This document shows positions 9,807 to 19,023 of a DNA stretch of 45,628 bases, piece by piece. Below the pieces are notes generated by a model. That model had not been told where the DNA came from. It did no database searches and saw only the letters and a list, made by a program, of their open reading frames with translations. Source of the DNA: an uncultured Bacilli bacterium (GTDB taxonomy: Bacteria > Bacillota_I > Bacilli_A > RF39 > UBA660); contig CALVHY010000053.1 of assembly GCA_944329205.1 (NCBI GenBank), positions 1-45,628 of the forward strand. The letters are read 5' to 3'. The translations under genes and the position numbers were made by a program. Each line of letters starts with the position of its first letter. The first letter of the stretch is position 1.

Positions 9807-9846
9807 TTATATCACCTAATAAATTATATCAAATATCGAGGTAATT

Positions 9847-10752
9847 ATGAAGGAAAAATTATTAAATTTTACTTTTTGTTTATGTTGTTTTGGCAGTATT
9901 TTTTTTATTTTTAAAAATAATAAGGAAGTAGCAAAAGTTATAATGGAAGCTTTAAACTTATTTGTCAGTAAAGTTTTTGTTTCTTTGTTTCCAATGTTTG
10001 TTATTAATAATATTTTGATTAATTTGAATATCCCCTATTATTTTTATAAAATATTTAATAAGTTGTTTTTGAAGGTTTTTCATGTCCGAGGAGTTGGGGC
10101 TTATGTTTTTGTTATGAGTCTTATAAGTGGAACACCAAGCAATGCTTATATTTTAAAAGAATTGGAAAGTGATGGGGCTATAACTAAAGAAGAAGCTAAT
10201 CATCTTTTAGCTTTTACCTATTTTTCTAATCCTTTGTTTCTTACTTTGATGTTGAAGATGATATTTGATAGTTTTACAACTTTAAAAATAATTTTAATTC
10301 ATTATATAACTAATATTATCATTGGTATACTTTTGCGAAAAAAAGCTTTAAATTTACCTAAAGCAGGACTTTTTTTAAAAAGAAATGAAAAGATGAGTTT
10401 AAATAAAAGTATAACAAAAAGTATTAATACCCTTTTAATGATTTTGGGGACCATTGTCTTTTATATGTTAGTTATATATATCGTTACGAATATAGTTAAT
10501 ATTAATCCTTTAGGAAAAACTTTAATCGCGGGTTTTTTAGAAATAACAAATGGTCTTAATAATTTAGCTTTATTAAAAATAAGTGTTAAATTAAAAGAAA
10601 TAATAGCTATATTTATTATTTGCTTTGGAGGTTTAAGTATTCATAGTCAAATAAAAGCAATTCTTGAAGATACCAAAATAGATTATAAATACTTTTTAAA
10701 AGGAAGAGTTATGCATGCTTTTGTTGGGATTATTTTAATTATTATTTTTTAG
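9847..10752 (+). CDS. Polytopic membrane protein, YlbJ-like (sporulation integral membrane protein / nucleoside-recognition type), tentative
   Basis: 301-aa multi-TM ORF. Its position next to a ylbL-like gene mirrors the B. subtilis ylbJ-ylbL neighbourhood. The motif match is weak. Confidence 0.5.
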   Translation: MKEKLLNFTFCLCCFGSIFFIFKNNKEVAKVIMEALNLFVSKVFVSLFPMFVINNILINLNIPYYFYKIFNKLFLKVFHVRGVGAYVFVMSLISGTPSNAYILKELESDGAITKEEANHLLAFTYFSNPLFLTLMLKMIFDSFTTLKIILIHYITNIIIGILLRKKALNLPKAGLFLKRNEKMSLNKSITKSINTLLMILGTIVFYMLVIYIVTNIVNINPLGKTLIAGFLEITNGLNNLALLKISVKLKEIIAIFIICFGGLSIHSQIKAILEDTKIDYKYFLKGRVMHAFVGIILIIIF

Positions 10753-11258
10753 CAAGAATAAGCAGGAGGATAATTAGTAAATTCGTTTCTTAAACCTATA
10801 TAGGTTAGCTCTAAATCATCAATAGTAGTTGTATTTTCGTTATTTATTAAAACAGGAATCGTAAGACTAATTAAATAATAGTCATTGTCTAAAGCTAAAT
10901 ATTTATAACTCGGACATAAATTGTAGGTAGCATTATCACTACGAAGAGTATAGGCCTCATCATTGTAGGTTAAAGTATCATTTTTGATAGTAAGTGATTT
11001 TTCTTCATCCATATGAAATAAAATGGTTGTACTATCATCATTTTTTATAATATCAAGGCCATTTAGATGATAAGTAAGAAAATCACTTTCAATATTTTTA
11101 ATAATTTCGGTTCGCCTTATTTCATCACTACTGGCATAGCTAGGATCATAATTGATATTTTCAAGCATTAGCATAACCCGGAGGATTAAAAGTAAACATA
11201 CTGATATTAAGGCGATACTAATAAGTAATTCAATAAGGGTAAAACCATGTTTATTCAT
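10749..11258 (-). CDS. Pseudopilin with prepilin-type N-terminal cleavage/methylation motif
   Basis: 169 aa starting MNKHG|FTLIELLISIALISV, the canonical G/FTLIE class III signal followed by a hydrophobic helix. Confidence 0.85.
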   Translation of the reverse strand: MNKHGFTLIELLISIALISVCLLLILRVMLMLENINYDPSYASSDEIRRTEIIKNIESDFLTYHLNGLDIIKNDDSTTILFHMDEEKSLTIKNDTLTYNDEAYTLRSDNATYNLCPSYKYLALDNDYYLISLTIPVLINNENTTTIDDLELTYIGLRNEFTNYPPAYSC

Positions 11259-11712
11259 TACTCATCACTCCTATACTTGCATAATGATAATTGTTATCAA
11301 TTAAAAACTCGCCAACTAAACGATAGGTATAGGCCTCATGATTCGATAAAGAATTTATATAGTTGTTAAAACTGCTAGAATATTTTTCGCTATCATAACT
11401 TTTTAGGCCATATTTAACCAAATATAAATTATTAAGAGCTAAAGAATCGATTAAAGAAGGGCAACTAGAAAAATTAAAATTATCACAGCTGAGAGTTATA
11501 ATATCTTCATCATTTAGCAAATCTTGCAGATTATGAAGATTTAAATACTCCTTTAAATAATACATTTTATAAATGTTTGAGGCATCATCATATCCTATAT
11601 TCCTTTGCGTGTTGTTATACATGTTAACAAAAGTGGTATAAAGCAAAAGAAGTGATACCATAACAAAAGTGATAACAACAATGGTCTCTAAAAGAGCAAA
11701 ACCTCTTTTCAT
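11251..11712 (-). CDS. Pseudopilin with prepilin-type N-terminal cleavage/methylation motif
   Basis: 153 aa starting MKRG|FALLETIVVITFVMV, with Glu at +5. It overlaps the downstream pseudopilin gene by 8 nt. Confidence 0.8.
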   Translation of the reverse strand: MKRGFALLETIVVITFVMVSLLLLYTTFVNMYNNTQRNIGYDDASNIYKMYYLKEYLNLHNLQDLLNDEDIITLSCDNFNFSSCPSLIDSLALNNLYLVKYGLKSYDSEKYSSSFNNYINSLSNHEAYTYRLVGEFLIDNNYHYASIGVMSNE

Positions 11713-11720
11713 TTGGGCAC

Positions 11721-12353
11721 CTACTTTTCCTCTTTATTCTTTTTCTTATGAAGACGTTTATAGTAAAATATACCAACAATTAAAAGGAAAATAATGATCA
11801 AAATAATGAGAACAAAATGAGAAAATTGATCAAAAATACCTAAGATAGATTCCCAATTCTCCCCTACTTGGGCGCCAATGATGGTTAAGACGGAATTCCA
11901 AATTAAAGAACCTAAAATCGTATATATTAAAAATTTAGGCATGGACATTTCACTCATACCAGCAGGAATCGAAATTAAACTTCTAACAATAGGAATAAAA
12001 CGACAGAAAAAGACCGTTTTATTGCCCTTAGTATCAAACCAGTGATCAGCACTTTCAATATCACTTACTTTAAGACGGAGAACTTTGCCGATTTTGCCGG
12101 ATACAATCTTTTTTAATCTTTCTTTATTTAAAATTTTACCAACATAATATAAGACAATAGCCCCTAGTAAAGAACCTAGAGTAGCAAAAATAATGACACC
12201 AAGCACACTTAAATTGGTAGAAGTGGTCATAAAACCACCGAAGAGCAAAATTACTTCGGAAGGAATAGGCGGAAAAATATTTTCGACGGCTATAAGAAAA
12301 AAAACACCAAAATAGCCAAATTGATTCATGATTGATATTACTATTTCTTGCAT
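11721..12353 (-). CDS. DedA-family membrane protein
   Basis: 210 aa with the ENIFPPIPSEVILLFGG motif and the FIPIVRSLISIPAG re-entrant motif typical of DedA/SNARE-associated proteins. Confidence 0.88.
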   Translation of the reverse strand: MQEIVISIMNQFGYFGVFFLIAVENIFPPIPSEVILLFGGFMTTSTNLSVLGVIIFATLGSLLGAIVLYYVGKILNKERLKKIVSGKIGKVLRLKVSDIESADHWFDTKGNKTVFFCRFIPIVRSLISIPAGMSEMSMPKFLIYTILGSLIWNSVLTIIGAQVGENWESILGIFDQFSHFVLIILIIIFLLIVGIFYYKRLHKKKNKEEK

Positions 12354-12483
12354 TTAGATCATCCTCTCTTTATAAGTATATCATAATTAAAACATTTGGG
12401 AAAGGACATGTTTTGAAAATATTGAAGAAAGTGAATTTACCTCGGGGGGTATTTCATGCTATAATGATTAAGGAAGTGATTTT

Positions 12484-13125
12484 ATGCGTTATAATGTTAT
12501 TAAAGATGCTAGTCATATAATTAATAAAAGCCCCTATTTAGTAAGTAGACCGGAAGTATACAAAAATAAGTGGGCTAGTTTTTTTCAAAATAATAAACCA
12601 ATTTATTTAGAGTTAGGGACTGGTCGAGGCGAATTTATTATTAATATGGCCAAAAAGTATCCCCATATTAATTTTATTGGTTTGGAGTTGTATGATTCCC
12701 AACTAGTGAAAGCTGTAGAAAGATTAAGGGGACAAGATTTACCCAATTTAAAGTTGATTAATGCCGATGCTCGAGATTTAGATAAAATATTTGGGAAAGA
12801 AATAGATACTATTTATTTAACGTTTTCAGAACCATGGCCAAAAAGACAAGATGAAAAGAAAAGATTTACGCATGAAACATATTTGCGACTTTATGATAAA
12901 ATATTTAAAAAACACAAACGTATTATTTTAAAAACCGATAATAAGGGATTATTTCAATACTCCCTTGAAAGTTTATCAAAGTATTGGTATACGTTCGAAG
13001 TAGTAAGTTTGGATTTACATAATGATGAAAGAAAAATACCAAATATTATGACAGATTTTGAAAAAAACTATGATAAAACAGAAAAAAGACCAATTTACTA
13101 TCTTGAGGCTAAGTTTGAAGAATAA
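12484..13125 (+). CDS. trmB: tRNA (guanine46-N7)-methyltransferase
   Basis: 213 aa with LELGTGRGEFI (SAM site) and FSEPWPKRQDEKKRF...KTDNKGLF. It is collinear with B. subtilis TrmB. RBS AAGGAAGTGA is present. Confidence 0.95.
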   Translation: MRYNVIKDASHIINKSPYLVSRPEVYKNKWASFFQNNKPIYLELGTGRGEFIINMAKKYPHINFIGLELYDSQLVKAVERLRGQDLPNLKLINADARDLDKIFGKEIDTIYLTFSEPWPKRQDEKKRFTHETYLRLYDKIFKKHKRIILKTDNKGLFQYSLESLSKYWYTFEVVSLDLHNDERKIPNIMTDFEKNYDKTEKRPIYYLEAKFEE

Positions 13126-13132
13126 TTAAAAG

Positions 13133-13159
13133 ATCATAACATGGCTTATGGTTTTTTTA
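13133..13159 (+). terminator. Intrinsic terminator after trmB
   Basis: atcataa (13133-13139) pairs with ttatggt (13146-13152), 7 bp including one G-U, followed by T6. Confidence 0.55.
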
Positions 13160-13163
13160 TTAC

Positions 13164-13188
13164 TAAAAAAACTAACCGGATAGGTTAG
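13164..13188 (-). terminator. Intrinsic terminator after the 13219-14421 surface-protein gene
   Basis: ctaacc (13172-13177) pairs with ggttag (13183-13188). On the minus strand it is followed by a T7 run (plus-strand A run 13165-13171). Confidence 0.55.
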
Positions 13189-13218
13189 CTAAAATTAATG
13201 AATAATTAATTTTATTAT

Positions 13219-14421
13219 TTAAGCGTTTTTTCTTTTAAGGTAGATAACAGCGCCAGTTATGGCAGCAATACTTATAAGGCCAATGGTTATATATAAGCTT
13301 GCAGCATCAAAAGTTTGCGGTACCTCAGGTACTTCTTCTTCAGTCGTATCTGCTGGAGTAGATTCTTCCTCAGCTGGTTCTTGAGGAGTTACTTCCTCTT
13401 CCGTTGGTTCCTCAGTTTCACCTGATTCACCTAAGTTTCCTTCTGATTCTCCAGGATCAATAACACCAACTGTGTTATTTTCTTCTAAAGCTTGGATAGC
13501 ATTTTTTATAGATGCCGCATAACCATCAACTGTTGCTTGTTCAAGGGATGTTTTGTTATCAACAACAGCTGCGATAGCCGTTTGAAGGGTAGCCCAACTT
13601 TCTTCAGTATAATCTTCTTTAGTTAAAGCTTCAGCCTCAGCAATAGCAGCATTTACTTCAGTATAATCAGCTGGAGTTGCATAAGTACCAGTTGAAGCAT
13701 CATAAATAACATCAGCATTGGCTATGTGAGCAGTAATATCTGTTGCCGCAACAATTTGCGCACCATCAGCTAAAGTAAACTTGCCAGTTAAATTGCCTTC
13801 AGCACCAGCTTCAACCTCCATTTTACTAGTAACATTAATTGTACCTTCATTGGTAACGCTAGCAGGGTTAGATTGTTCATTTGGATCAAGATCTGTTCCT
13901 GTTCCATCTAGGGTTGTTGAGGTCACAATAAATGGACAACGAATGTTAAATGTAGCATTTTCTGCTACGACAAAATTCATAGGATAAGTTACATCATCAT
14001 ACCAGTATTCAGGATCAAGATTAGTTCCATAACTAATGCTTTTTCTTGTGTAGAAAATATAGTCTTCATCATTAGTTGTTGAGGCAACACCACTATCAAT
14101 GTAAACCGTAATGGCATTTGTGTTGGCATCAAGCGCTACTCTCATCGTAGTATTTTCACCCATTTGAAGATAATAATCTTCGGTTGCACCTACAAAGGCA
14201 TCTGTGCCAATTTTTAGAGTATCTTCTGCTGTTAATGTAAGAACATAGACACCGGGAGTTGTAGTATAATCTAAAGCTCCGCCAGTTGCATTTTCTCTTA
14301 CAAAAGCTTCAATTTCTCCCGCGCTAAAGCCGGAAATTGTGTAATCAGCTGCTGCGACATCAGTTATATTAAACAACATTACTGATGCTACCATCGTAAA
14401 TAATAAAATTATCTTTTTCAT
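13219..14421 (-). CDS. Secreted surface protein with acidic Glu/Pro/Thr linker and C-terminal sorting-signal-like anchor
   Basis: 400 aa. Signal peptide is MKKIILLFTMVASVMLFNITDVAAA. A helical segment, YTEESWATLQTAIAAVVDNKTSLEQATVDGYAASIKNAIQALE, resembles a FIVAR-type repeat (from memory). An EEPTEEEVTPQEPAEEESTP linker follows. The tail is VPQTFDAAS + hydrophobic helix + KRKNA. Confidence 0.8.
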   Translation of the reverse strand: MKKIILLFTMVASVMLFNITDVAAADYTISGFSAGEIEAFVRENATGGALDYTTTPGVYVLTLTAEDTLKIGTDAFVGATEDYYLQMGENTTMRVALDANTNAITVYIDSGVASTTNDEDYIFYTRKSISYGTNLDPEYWYDDVTYPMNFVVAENATFNIRCPFIVTSTTLDGTGTDLDPNEQSNPASVTNEGTINVTSKMEVEAGAEGNLTGKFTLADGAQIVAATDITAHIANADVIYDASTGTYATPADYTEVNAAIAEAEALTKEDYTEESWATLQTAIAAVVDNKTSLEQATVDGYAASIKNAIQALEENNTVGVIDPGESEGNLGESGETEEPTEEEVTPQEPAEEESTPADTTEEEVPEVPQTFDAASLYITIGLISIAAITGAVIYLKRKNA

Positions 14422-14553
14422 TCTTCTCTTCCTTTCCTTATAATTTTATTACATGAAAAATAACATTCCATCCAATAGACAAAACACTACTCTTCTAATT
14501 TAAATTTTAGCCTATTCTAAAGTTCATGTCAACCCAAATAAAAAGCATTTACA

Positions 14554-14835
14554 TTACTCGTAAACGCTTACTTTCTTTTTGTCTCTACCAAGTCTTTCAA
14601 AACGGACAACGCCAGTTACTTTAGCAAATAGAGTATGATCTTTACCCATGCCTACATTTGCTCCAGGATAAATTTTAGTTCCTCTTTGACGATATAAAAT
14701 AGAACCTGCTGAAACAGTCTCACCGTCTGCAGCTTTGGCTCCTAGCCGGCGGCCTCTTGAATCTCTACCATTACGAGTAGAACCTTGAGCTTTAACGTGA
14801 GCAAATAATTGGATATTAAGCTTCATAAAATTCAT
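14554..14835 (-). CDS. rpmA: 50S ribosomal protein L27 with N-terminal propeptide
   Basis: 93 aa. The N-terminal extension [12 protein letters not shown] precedes the mature [14 protein letters not shown] (Prp cleavage context LQLFA). RBS AAAGGAGGA is present. Confidence 0.97.
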   Translation of the reverse strand: MNFMKLNIQLFAHVKAQGSTRNGRDSRGRRLGAKAADGETVSAGSILYRQRGTKIYPGANVGMGKDHTLFAKVTGVVRFERLGRDKKKVSVYE

Positions 14836-14838
14836 GGT

Positions 14839-15135
14839 CTAATCCTCCTTTATTATTTTAATATTTTTTTTATAAGTTAATGTTAATTCACTTAGCATAG
14901 CTAGCATATTTTCAATAATTAAATGAACAATCTTATTATCACTGGTGAGTAGAATGGTAAGTTTGTCTTGCTCTTCTTTATAAGTTAAAGATTGTTTATC
15001 AATTCTTAAACAAGCATTAATACTTGTAATCACAATACTTGATGCTGAGGCACAAACAATATCTTTACCATACGCGGCAAATTTTGCATGACCAGTTATA
15101 ACAATTTTGTTTTTACTAATATGTACTTTAATCAT
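14839..15135 (-). CDS. prp: Ribosomal-processing cysteine protease Prp
   Basis: 98 aa between rplU and rpmA, with the GHA...GKDIVCASASS catalytic His/Cys motif. Confidence 0.92.
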   Translation of the reverse strand: MIKVHISKNKIVITGHAKFAAYGKDIVCASASSIVITSINACLRIDKQSLTYKEEQDKLTILLTSDNKIVHLIIENMLAMLSELTLTYKKNIKIIKED

Positions 15136-15137
15136 TT

Positions 15138-15443
15138 TTACTTATTAATTTTTTTAACAACTAATTTGGTGTATGGTTGTCTGTGACCTTGAGTTTTACG
15201 ATATTTCTTCTTAGGTCTATATTTGAAGACTTTAATCTTCTTTTGTTTACCATGTTTTTCAACTAAACAAACAACACTAGCACCGGGAACGTAGGGATTA
15301 CCAATTTTATCATCAACAGCTAAAACACTCGTAAATGTTATTTCGCTTCCGGCTTCATTTGGTAACTTTTCAACGTAGATCACATCGTTTTCAGCAACAT
15401 AATATTGTTTGCCACCAGTTTTGAACACTGCTTTCATATTCAT
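15138..15443 (-). CDS. rplU: 50S ribosomal protein L21
   Basis: 101 aa: [12 protein letters not shown]...[24 protein letters not shown]. Confidence 0.97.
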   Translation of the reverse strand: MNMKAVFKTGGKQYYVAENDVIYVEKLPNEAGSEITFTSVLAVDDKIGNPYVPGASVVCLVEKHGKQKKIKVFKYRPKKKYRKTQGHRQPYTKLVVKKINK

Positions 15444-15499
15444 TACTCCTTACCATTTCCGCGTGGTTTTTTACGAATATAAAGCTACTCGCATGCATA

Positions 15500-15528
15500 A
15501 TTCTAACAAAATTATATGCATTTGTCAA
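15500..15528 (-). promoter_or_regulatory. Sigma-A promoter of the rplU-prp-rpmA operon, followed by a ~50-nt leader
   Basis: On the minus strand, TTGACA (15528-15523), 17 nt, TAGAAT (15505-15500). The leader may correspond to the Firmicute L21 leader, but I could not fold it convincingly. Confidence 0.7.
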
Positions 15529-15536
15529 ATAGTTGC

Positions 15537-16307
15537 TTAAAAAAATTGAAAGTTTCTTTTTAAAAGTTTTTTTTCACTTACATAAGTATTATTCCTCTTA
15601 AAATAATGATAGGTATCTTTTCTTAATAATGATAAGTCTACTTCTTTTTCATTTTTAATTTTTTGATATGGAAAATCATGTAAATATCGTTCTAATAAAA
15701 AGCGATAGTTTTGATATTTAAAATTTTTATATTCATAAACCATTTTGTAAATAAGAAAAGTAATAATTAGATAGTTATTTAGAGAAAAAAGATGATTATA
15801 AGTAATAAAAAGAAGAATAGATAACACACTTAATATAAAGCTAATTTTAAAGGCTTTTTTATAGGGGAAAAAGATTTCCCAAAGAGATCTAAGTAATTGA
15901 TATCCATCTAAAGGGATGATGGGAAGTAAATTAAATAGCAATATAGTTGTATTATAGGTTAAAAATAACTTAAAAGTACTAATCCTAATAAATGAAGAAG
16001 AATAAAGAAAAGTAAAAAGGAAATAAAGCAATATTTGGAAAATAACGCCAAAACTAGCAATAAAAAGGTCATGAGATATTTTGGTGTTAATTTTTTTATC
16101 GATTCTAGTAATTCCCCCACTCGGATAAATATCTACGCGTATAATTTTGTAACCCAAAAGCTTAATAATAAAAATATGACCAAGTTCATGAAAAAGGACA
16201 ATGACATAAATAAGAATAATATTTTTAATAAGACCCGTAAATAAAAAAGATAAAATTAAAAAATAAGTAGATAAATGAATATTAAATCGTGGCAAGATAC
16301 TCTTCAT
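15537..16307 (-). CDS. spoIVFB: Site-2 (M50) intramembrane metalloprotease, SpoIVFB-like (pro-sigma-K processing)
   Basis: 256-aa polytopic protein with HELGH in a TM helix and NLLPIIPLDG. It sits immediately upstream of rplU, as in B. subtilis. Confidence 0.85.
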   Translation of the reverse strand: MKSILPRFNIHLSTYFLILSFLFTGLIKNIILIYVIVLFHELGHIFIIKLLGYKIIRVDIYPSGGITRIDKKINTKISHDLFIASFGVIFQILLYFLFTFLYSSSFIRISTFKLFLTYNTTILLFNLLPIIPLDGYQLLRSLWEIFFPYKKAFKISFILSVLSILLFITYNHLFSLNNYLIITFLIYKMVYEYKNFKYQNYRFLLERYLHDFPYQKIKNEKEVDLSLLRKDTYHYFKRNNTYVSEKKLLKRNFQFF

Positions 16308-16926
16308 AACTCATAAATTCACCATCTTTGGTAATAGTTAGATAAATATCATCGCTATTACTTGTCCCAAGAATACTTCCGGCTTCTACATAATCATAAA
16401 CTAAAATATCAGTATCCGTTATATTGGAATACCATATGTCTACCCCATCATTACCTTGAATGATAATGGTATTTCCTAAATCATCTTTCTCACCAATGAA
16501 AACAACTATACCACTAGTAATAACATTAACAATTTCATTTAAACCAATCGTTAGCTTAACTCCGTTTTTAAAAGGCTCAATGTTGGTATAGGTAATACTC
16601 CCAAAAACAACCTCGGTATCTTCTTCGTTTACCGTAGGATCAACACGGCCAAATACACTTTGGTATAATTCACTTATTTGGGTAAATTCAAAAGAATCTT
16701 CTAAAACATATTTTTGATATATTTTTTTATTGCTATCACTTACATTGGTAAAAATAATGCTTGCTAAAACAAAGATAATAGCAATTAAGGTTCGTGAAAT
16801 AAGACCTTTAAAATATTTTAAGTTTTTTGGTAATTCTTCTTTTGAAGGTTTGCTATCAACATAATTTTGACGTTTAGCTTTATTTTTCCGAATAATACTA
16901 TTAACTTCCTCATTCATGATTATCAC
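16282..16926 (-). CDS. Membrane-anchored degenerate M23/LytM-domain protein, SpoIVFA-like
   Basis: 214 aa with a basic N-terminus, a TM helix, and a C-terminal LytM-like fold (GIVVFIGEKDDLGNTIIIQGNDGVDIWYSNI...GSILG) that lacks the catalytic His residues. Its position between mreD and spoIVFB supports the call. Confidence 0.7.
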   Translation of the reverse strand: MIIMNEEVNSIIRKNKAKRQNYVDSKPSKEELPKNLKYFKGLISRTLIAIIFVLASIIFTNVSDSNKKIYQKYVLEDSFEFTQISELYQSVFGRVDPTVNEEDTEVVFGSITYTNIEPFKNGVKLTIGLNEIVNVITSGIVVFIGEKDDLGNTIIIQGNDGVDIWYSNITDTDILVYDYVEAGSILGTSNSDDIYLTITKDGEFMSYEEYLATI

Positions 16927-17327
16927 CTAGATAATTTTATGTATGGTTTTAATATTTTATAACAAAGAAGATAAAAGATAAGATTATAAATATAGTTATT
17001 TAAAATGAATTTAAATAAATAATTGAGACTATAATTGTTTATTAAACCGATACTTAAAAGATAAAATAAATAGAGGAAAGTAAGAAGAATTAGATAATTA
17101 ATGAGATTGATTTTAGTTACTTTTAGATGTTTAATAATTAAAAACATGATAATAAATATGATGGTATTTAAAAAATAGGTATTTAATATTATTAAATCAA
17201 GGGTTAGAGGTATTAAGAGAAATAAGAATATTTTGTTTTTAGGATAAAGTAAAATACTTATTAAAAGAAAATAAGTGGGAGTGGAACTAAAAAAGGAAAG
17301 GAAAAAATCTATTAATAAAAAAATCAT
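16923..17327 (-). CDS. mreD: Rod shape-determining protein MreD
   Basis: 134-aa very hydrophobic ORF directly after mreC with a 4-nt overlap. The call rests on position and topology. Confidence 0.7.
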   Translation of the reverse strand: MIFLLIDFFLSFFSSTPTYFLLISILLYPKNKIFLFLLIPLTLDLIILNTYFLNTIIFIIMFLIIKHLKVTKINLINYLILLTFLYLFYLLSIGLINNYSLNYLFKFILNNYIYNLIFYLLCYKILKPYIKLSR

Positions 17328-17992
17328 GATTCATCTTCCTTTAACTGGGAGATAATAGCTACGTATTTAAGTTTTGGTAAACTATCTAGGGCCTCTATTT
17401 CTAAGATGTATTCTAAGTCAAGATTATCCGTATTAATACTTTTAACTGTGCCAATAAATATGTTGGCGACGGTTTTGGTTAGGCCGGAGGTGTAAACTTT
17501 ATCACCTATATTTATATCTTGATCAAGTTTAATGTTTTGAACAATAATTTGATTGTCACGACTAGTTAAAATGCCATAAGAATCGTTTATTTTGACAGAT
17601 AGATTGGTATTAGGGTTAGTAAGGAGTTCTACAGTGCTCGTGTTTTTTTTAACTTCTTTAATGATGCCAACAAGACCCAGTTCGTTAATTACTAAATCTT
17701 GAGGTTTTAGGCCATCACGAGAACCTTTGCCAATTGTTATTTCCTCGTAAAATTTGTAGATATTATGAGTGATGACTTTACTATAAATAATATCATAATC
17801 ATAATGATCAATTTTAAGTAAGTCTTGCATGTTTTTATATTCTTCTTGATAATATTTTATTTTTCCTTCATAAGTTACATTGGTTAAAGCTTCGGTATTA
17901 TCAATAAAACCCCAAAGGGTGTCCTTACATAAAAAAAGAAGATAGATAATTAAAAGAGCAATGATAAAAAAGTTTTTCTTAAACATAGGCAT
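17324..17992 (-). CDS. mreC: Rod shape-determining protein MreC
   Basis: 222 aa with an N-terminal TM helix, a coiled segment, and the beta-barrel motif GSRDGLKPQDLVINELGLVGIIKEV...VYTSGL. Confidence 0.85.
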   Translation of the reverse strand: MPMFKKNFFIIALLIIYLLFLCKDTLWGFIDNTEALTNVTYEGKIKYYQEEYKNMQDLLKIDHYDYDIIYSKVITHNIYKFYEEITIGKGSRDGLKPQDLVINELGLVGIIKEVKKNTSTVELLTNPNTNLSVKINDSYGILTSRDNQIIVQNIKLDQDINIGDKVYTSGLTKTVANIFIGTVKSINTDNLDLEYILEIEALDSLPKLKYVAIISQLKEDES

Positions 17993-18008
17993 GCACCATT
18001 ATTAGTAT

Positions 18009-18461
18009 TTAATTATTTGCCTTAATATATTCATCAAATAAATTTAAAAGAGATGCATTAATACTTTCATAATAACTAGAATCACTGGCTTTAATTAAAA
18101 GTTCATAGTTAGCTATTTCTTTTAGAAAAGTGCTGTTAACTTTCATTTGTTCTTGATAAAAAGAAATATTTTTATCTTGAAAATAACTACTCATTAACGC
18201 AATGATGCTTTTATCTTGATATACACCAATAACAACTTGATAAAGGCCATCATTTTCATAAATAAGGCTATTGGGATACTGATAAGCTTTGGTACTAGCA
18301 TCATCCATATTATTATAAGTGCCAATATAAAAATAAGTAACTTCGGGATTAAGAGCAAAAGCTACTTCATCTTGAAACTTATAGGATAGAAAAAAAGCAA
18401 CAGCCATGCCAAGGATTAGGGCAATCAAAAATATCTTCACATTCTCTTTCATATGCATCAC
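18009..18461 (-). CDS. Membrane-anchored protein with possible SPOR-like domain
   Basis: 150 aa with a TM helix. YFYIGTYNNMDDASTKA...LYQVVIGVYQDKS resembles the SPOR pattern. Weak. Confidence 0.5.
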   Translation of the reverse strand: MMHMKENVKIFLIALILGMAVAFFLSYKFQDEVAFALNPEVTYFYIGTYNNMDDASTKAYQYPNSLIYENDGLYQVVIGVYQDKSIIALMSSYFQDKNISFYQEQMKVNSTFLKEIANYELLIKASDSSYYESINASLLNLFDEYIKANN

Positions 18462-18501
18462 AGGGATAGTTTAACATAAAAAATAATAAAATTATGTCGA
18501 A

Positions 18502-19023
18502 CTAGCCAAAGAAGATAAAAGTTATGATGAAAGCTGCTAGTATACCCATTAGATCAGCGAATAACCCGACGGGTAGGGCATATTTAGTTTTAACTACTTT
18601 AATACTGCCAAAATAAAGGGCTAAAACATAAATGGTGGTATCCGTACAGCCTTGTAAAGTAGATGCAAGCCTTCCAATATAACTATCAGGACCAAAATGA
18701 GCAAAAATATCATTCATGATAGCTAAAGATGCAGTCCCTGATATTGGCCTTAAAAGGGCCATGGGTAAAATATCAAGAGGAATATTTACAAGATCAAAGA
18801 AAGGTTTTAAAAAACCGAGGAGGCCATCAATAAAATTGCTATCTAAAAAGATATTAACAGCAAAAACCATAGCAATAACTGTAGGTGTAATATGAAATAC
18901 CAAAACAAGACCTTCTTTAGCCCCTTCTAAAAAAGAATCATATACGTTTACGTGTTTTTTAACGCCATAAATAATAATAAATAAAACAAAAAGAGGAATA
19001 ACTATTTTACTTATTAAATTCAT
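18502..19023 (-). CDS. spmB: Spore maturation protein B
   Basis: 173-aa polytopic ORF, third gene of a dacB-spmA-spmB arrangement. Nucleoside-recognition-type membrane protein. Confidence 0.85.
   Translation of the reverse strand: MNLISKIVIPLFVLFIIIYGVKKHVNVYDSFLEGAKEGLVLVFHITPTVIAMVFAVNIFLDSNFIDGLLGFLKPFFDLVNIPLDILPMALLRPISGTASLAIMNDIFAHFGPDSYIGRLASTLQGCTDTTIYVLALYFGSIKVVKTKYALPVGLFADLMGILAAFIITFIFFG

Noticed and set aside
12332-12520. 62-aa ORF on the plus strand
   Set aside because: It overlaps the DedA start on the opposite strand and the trmB start in another frame. It has no RBS, and the region is better explained as the divergent promoter region.
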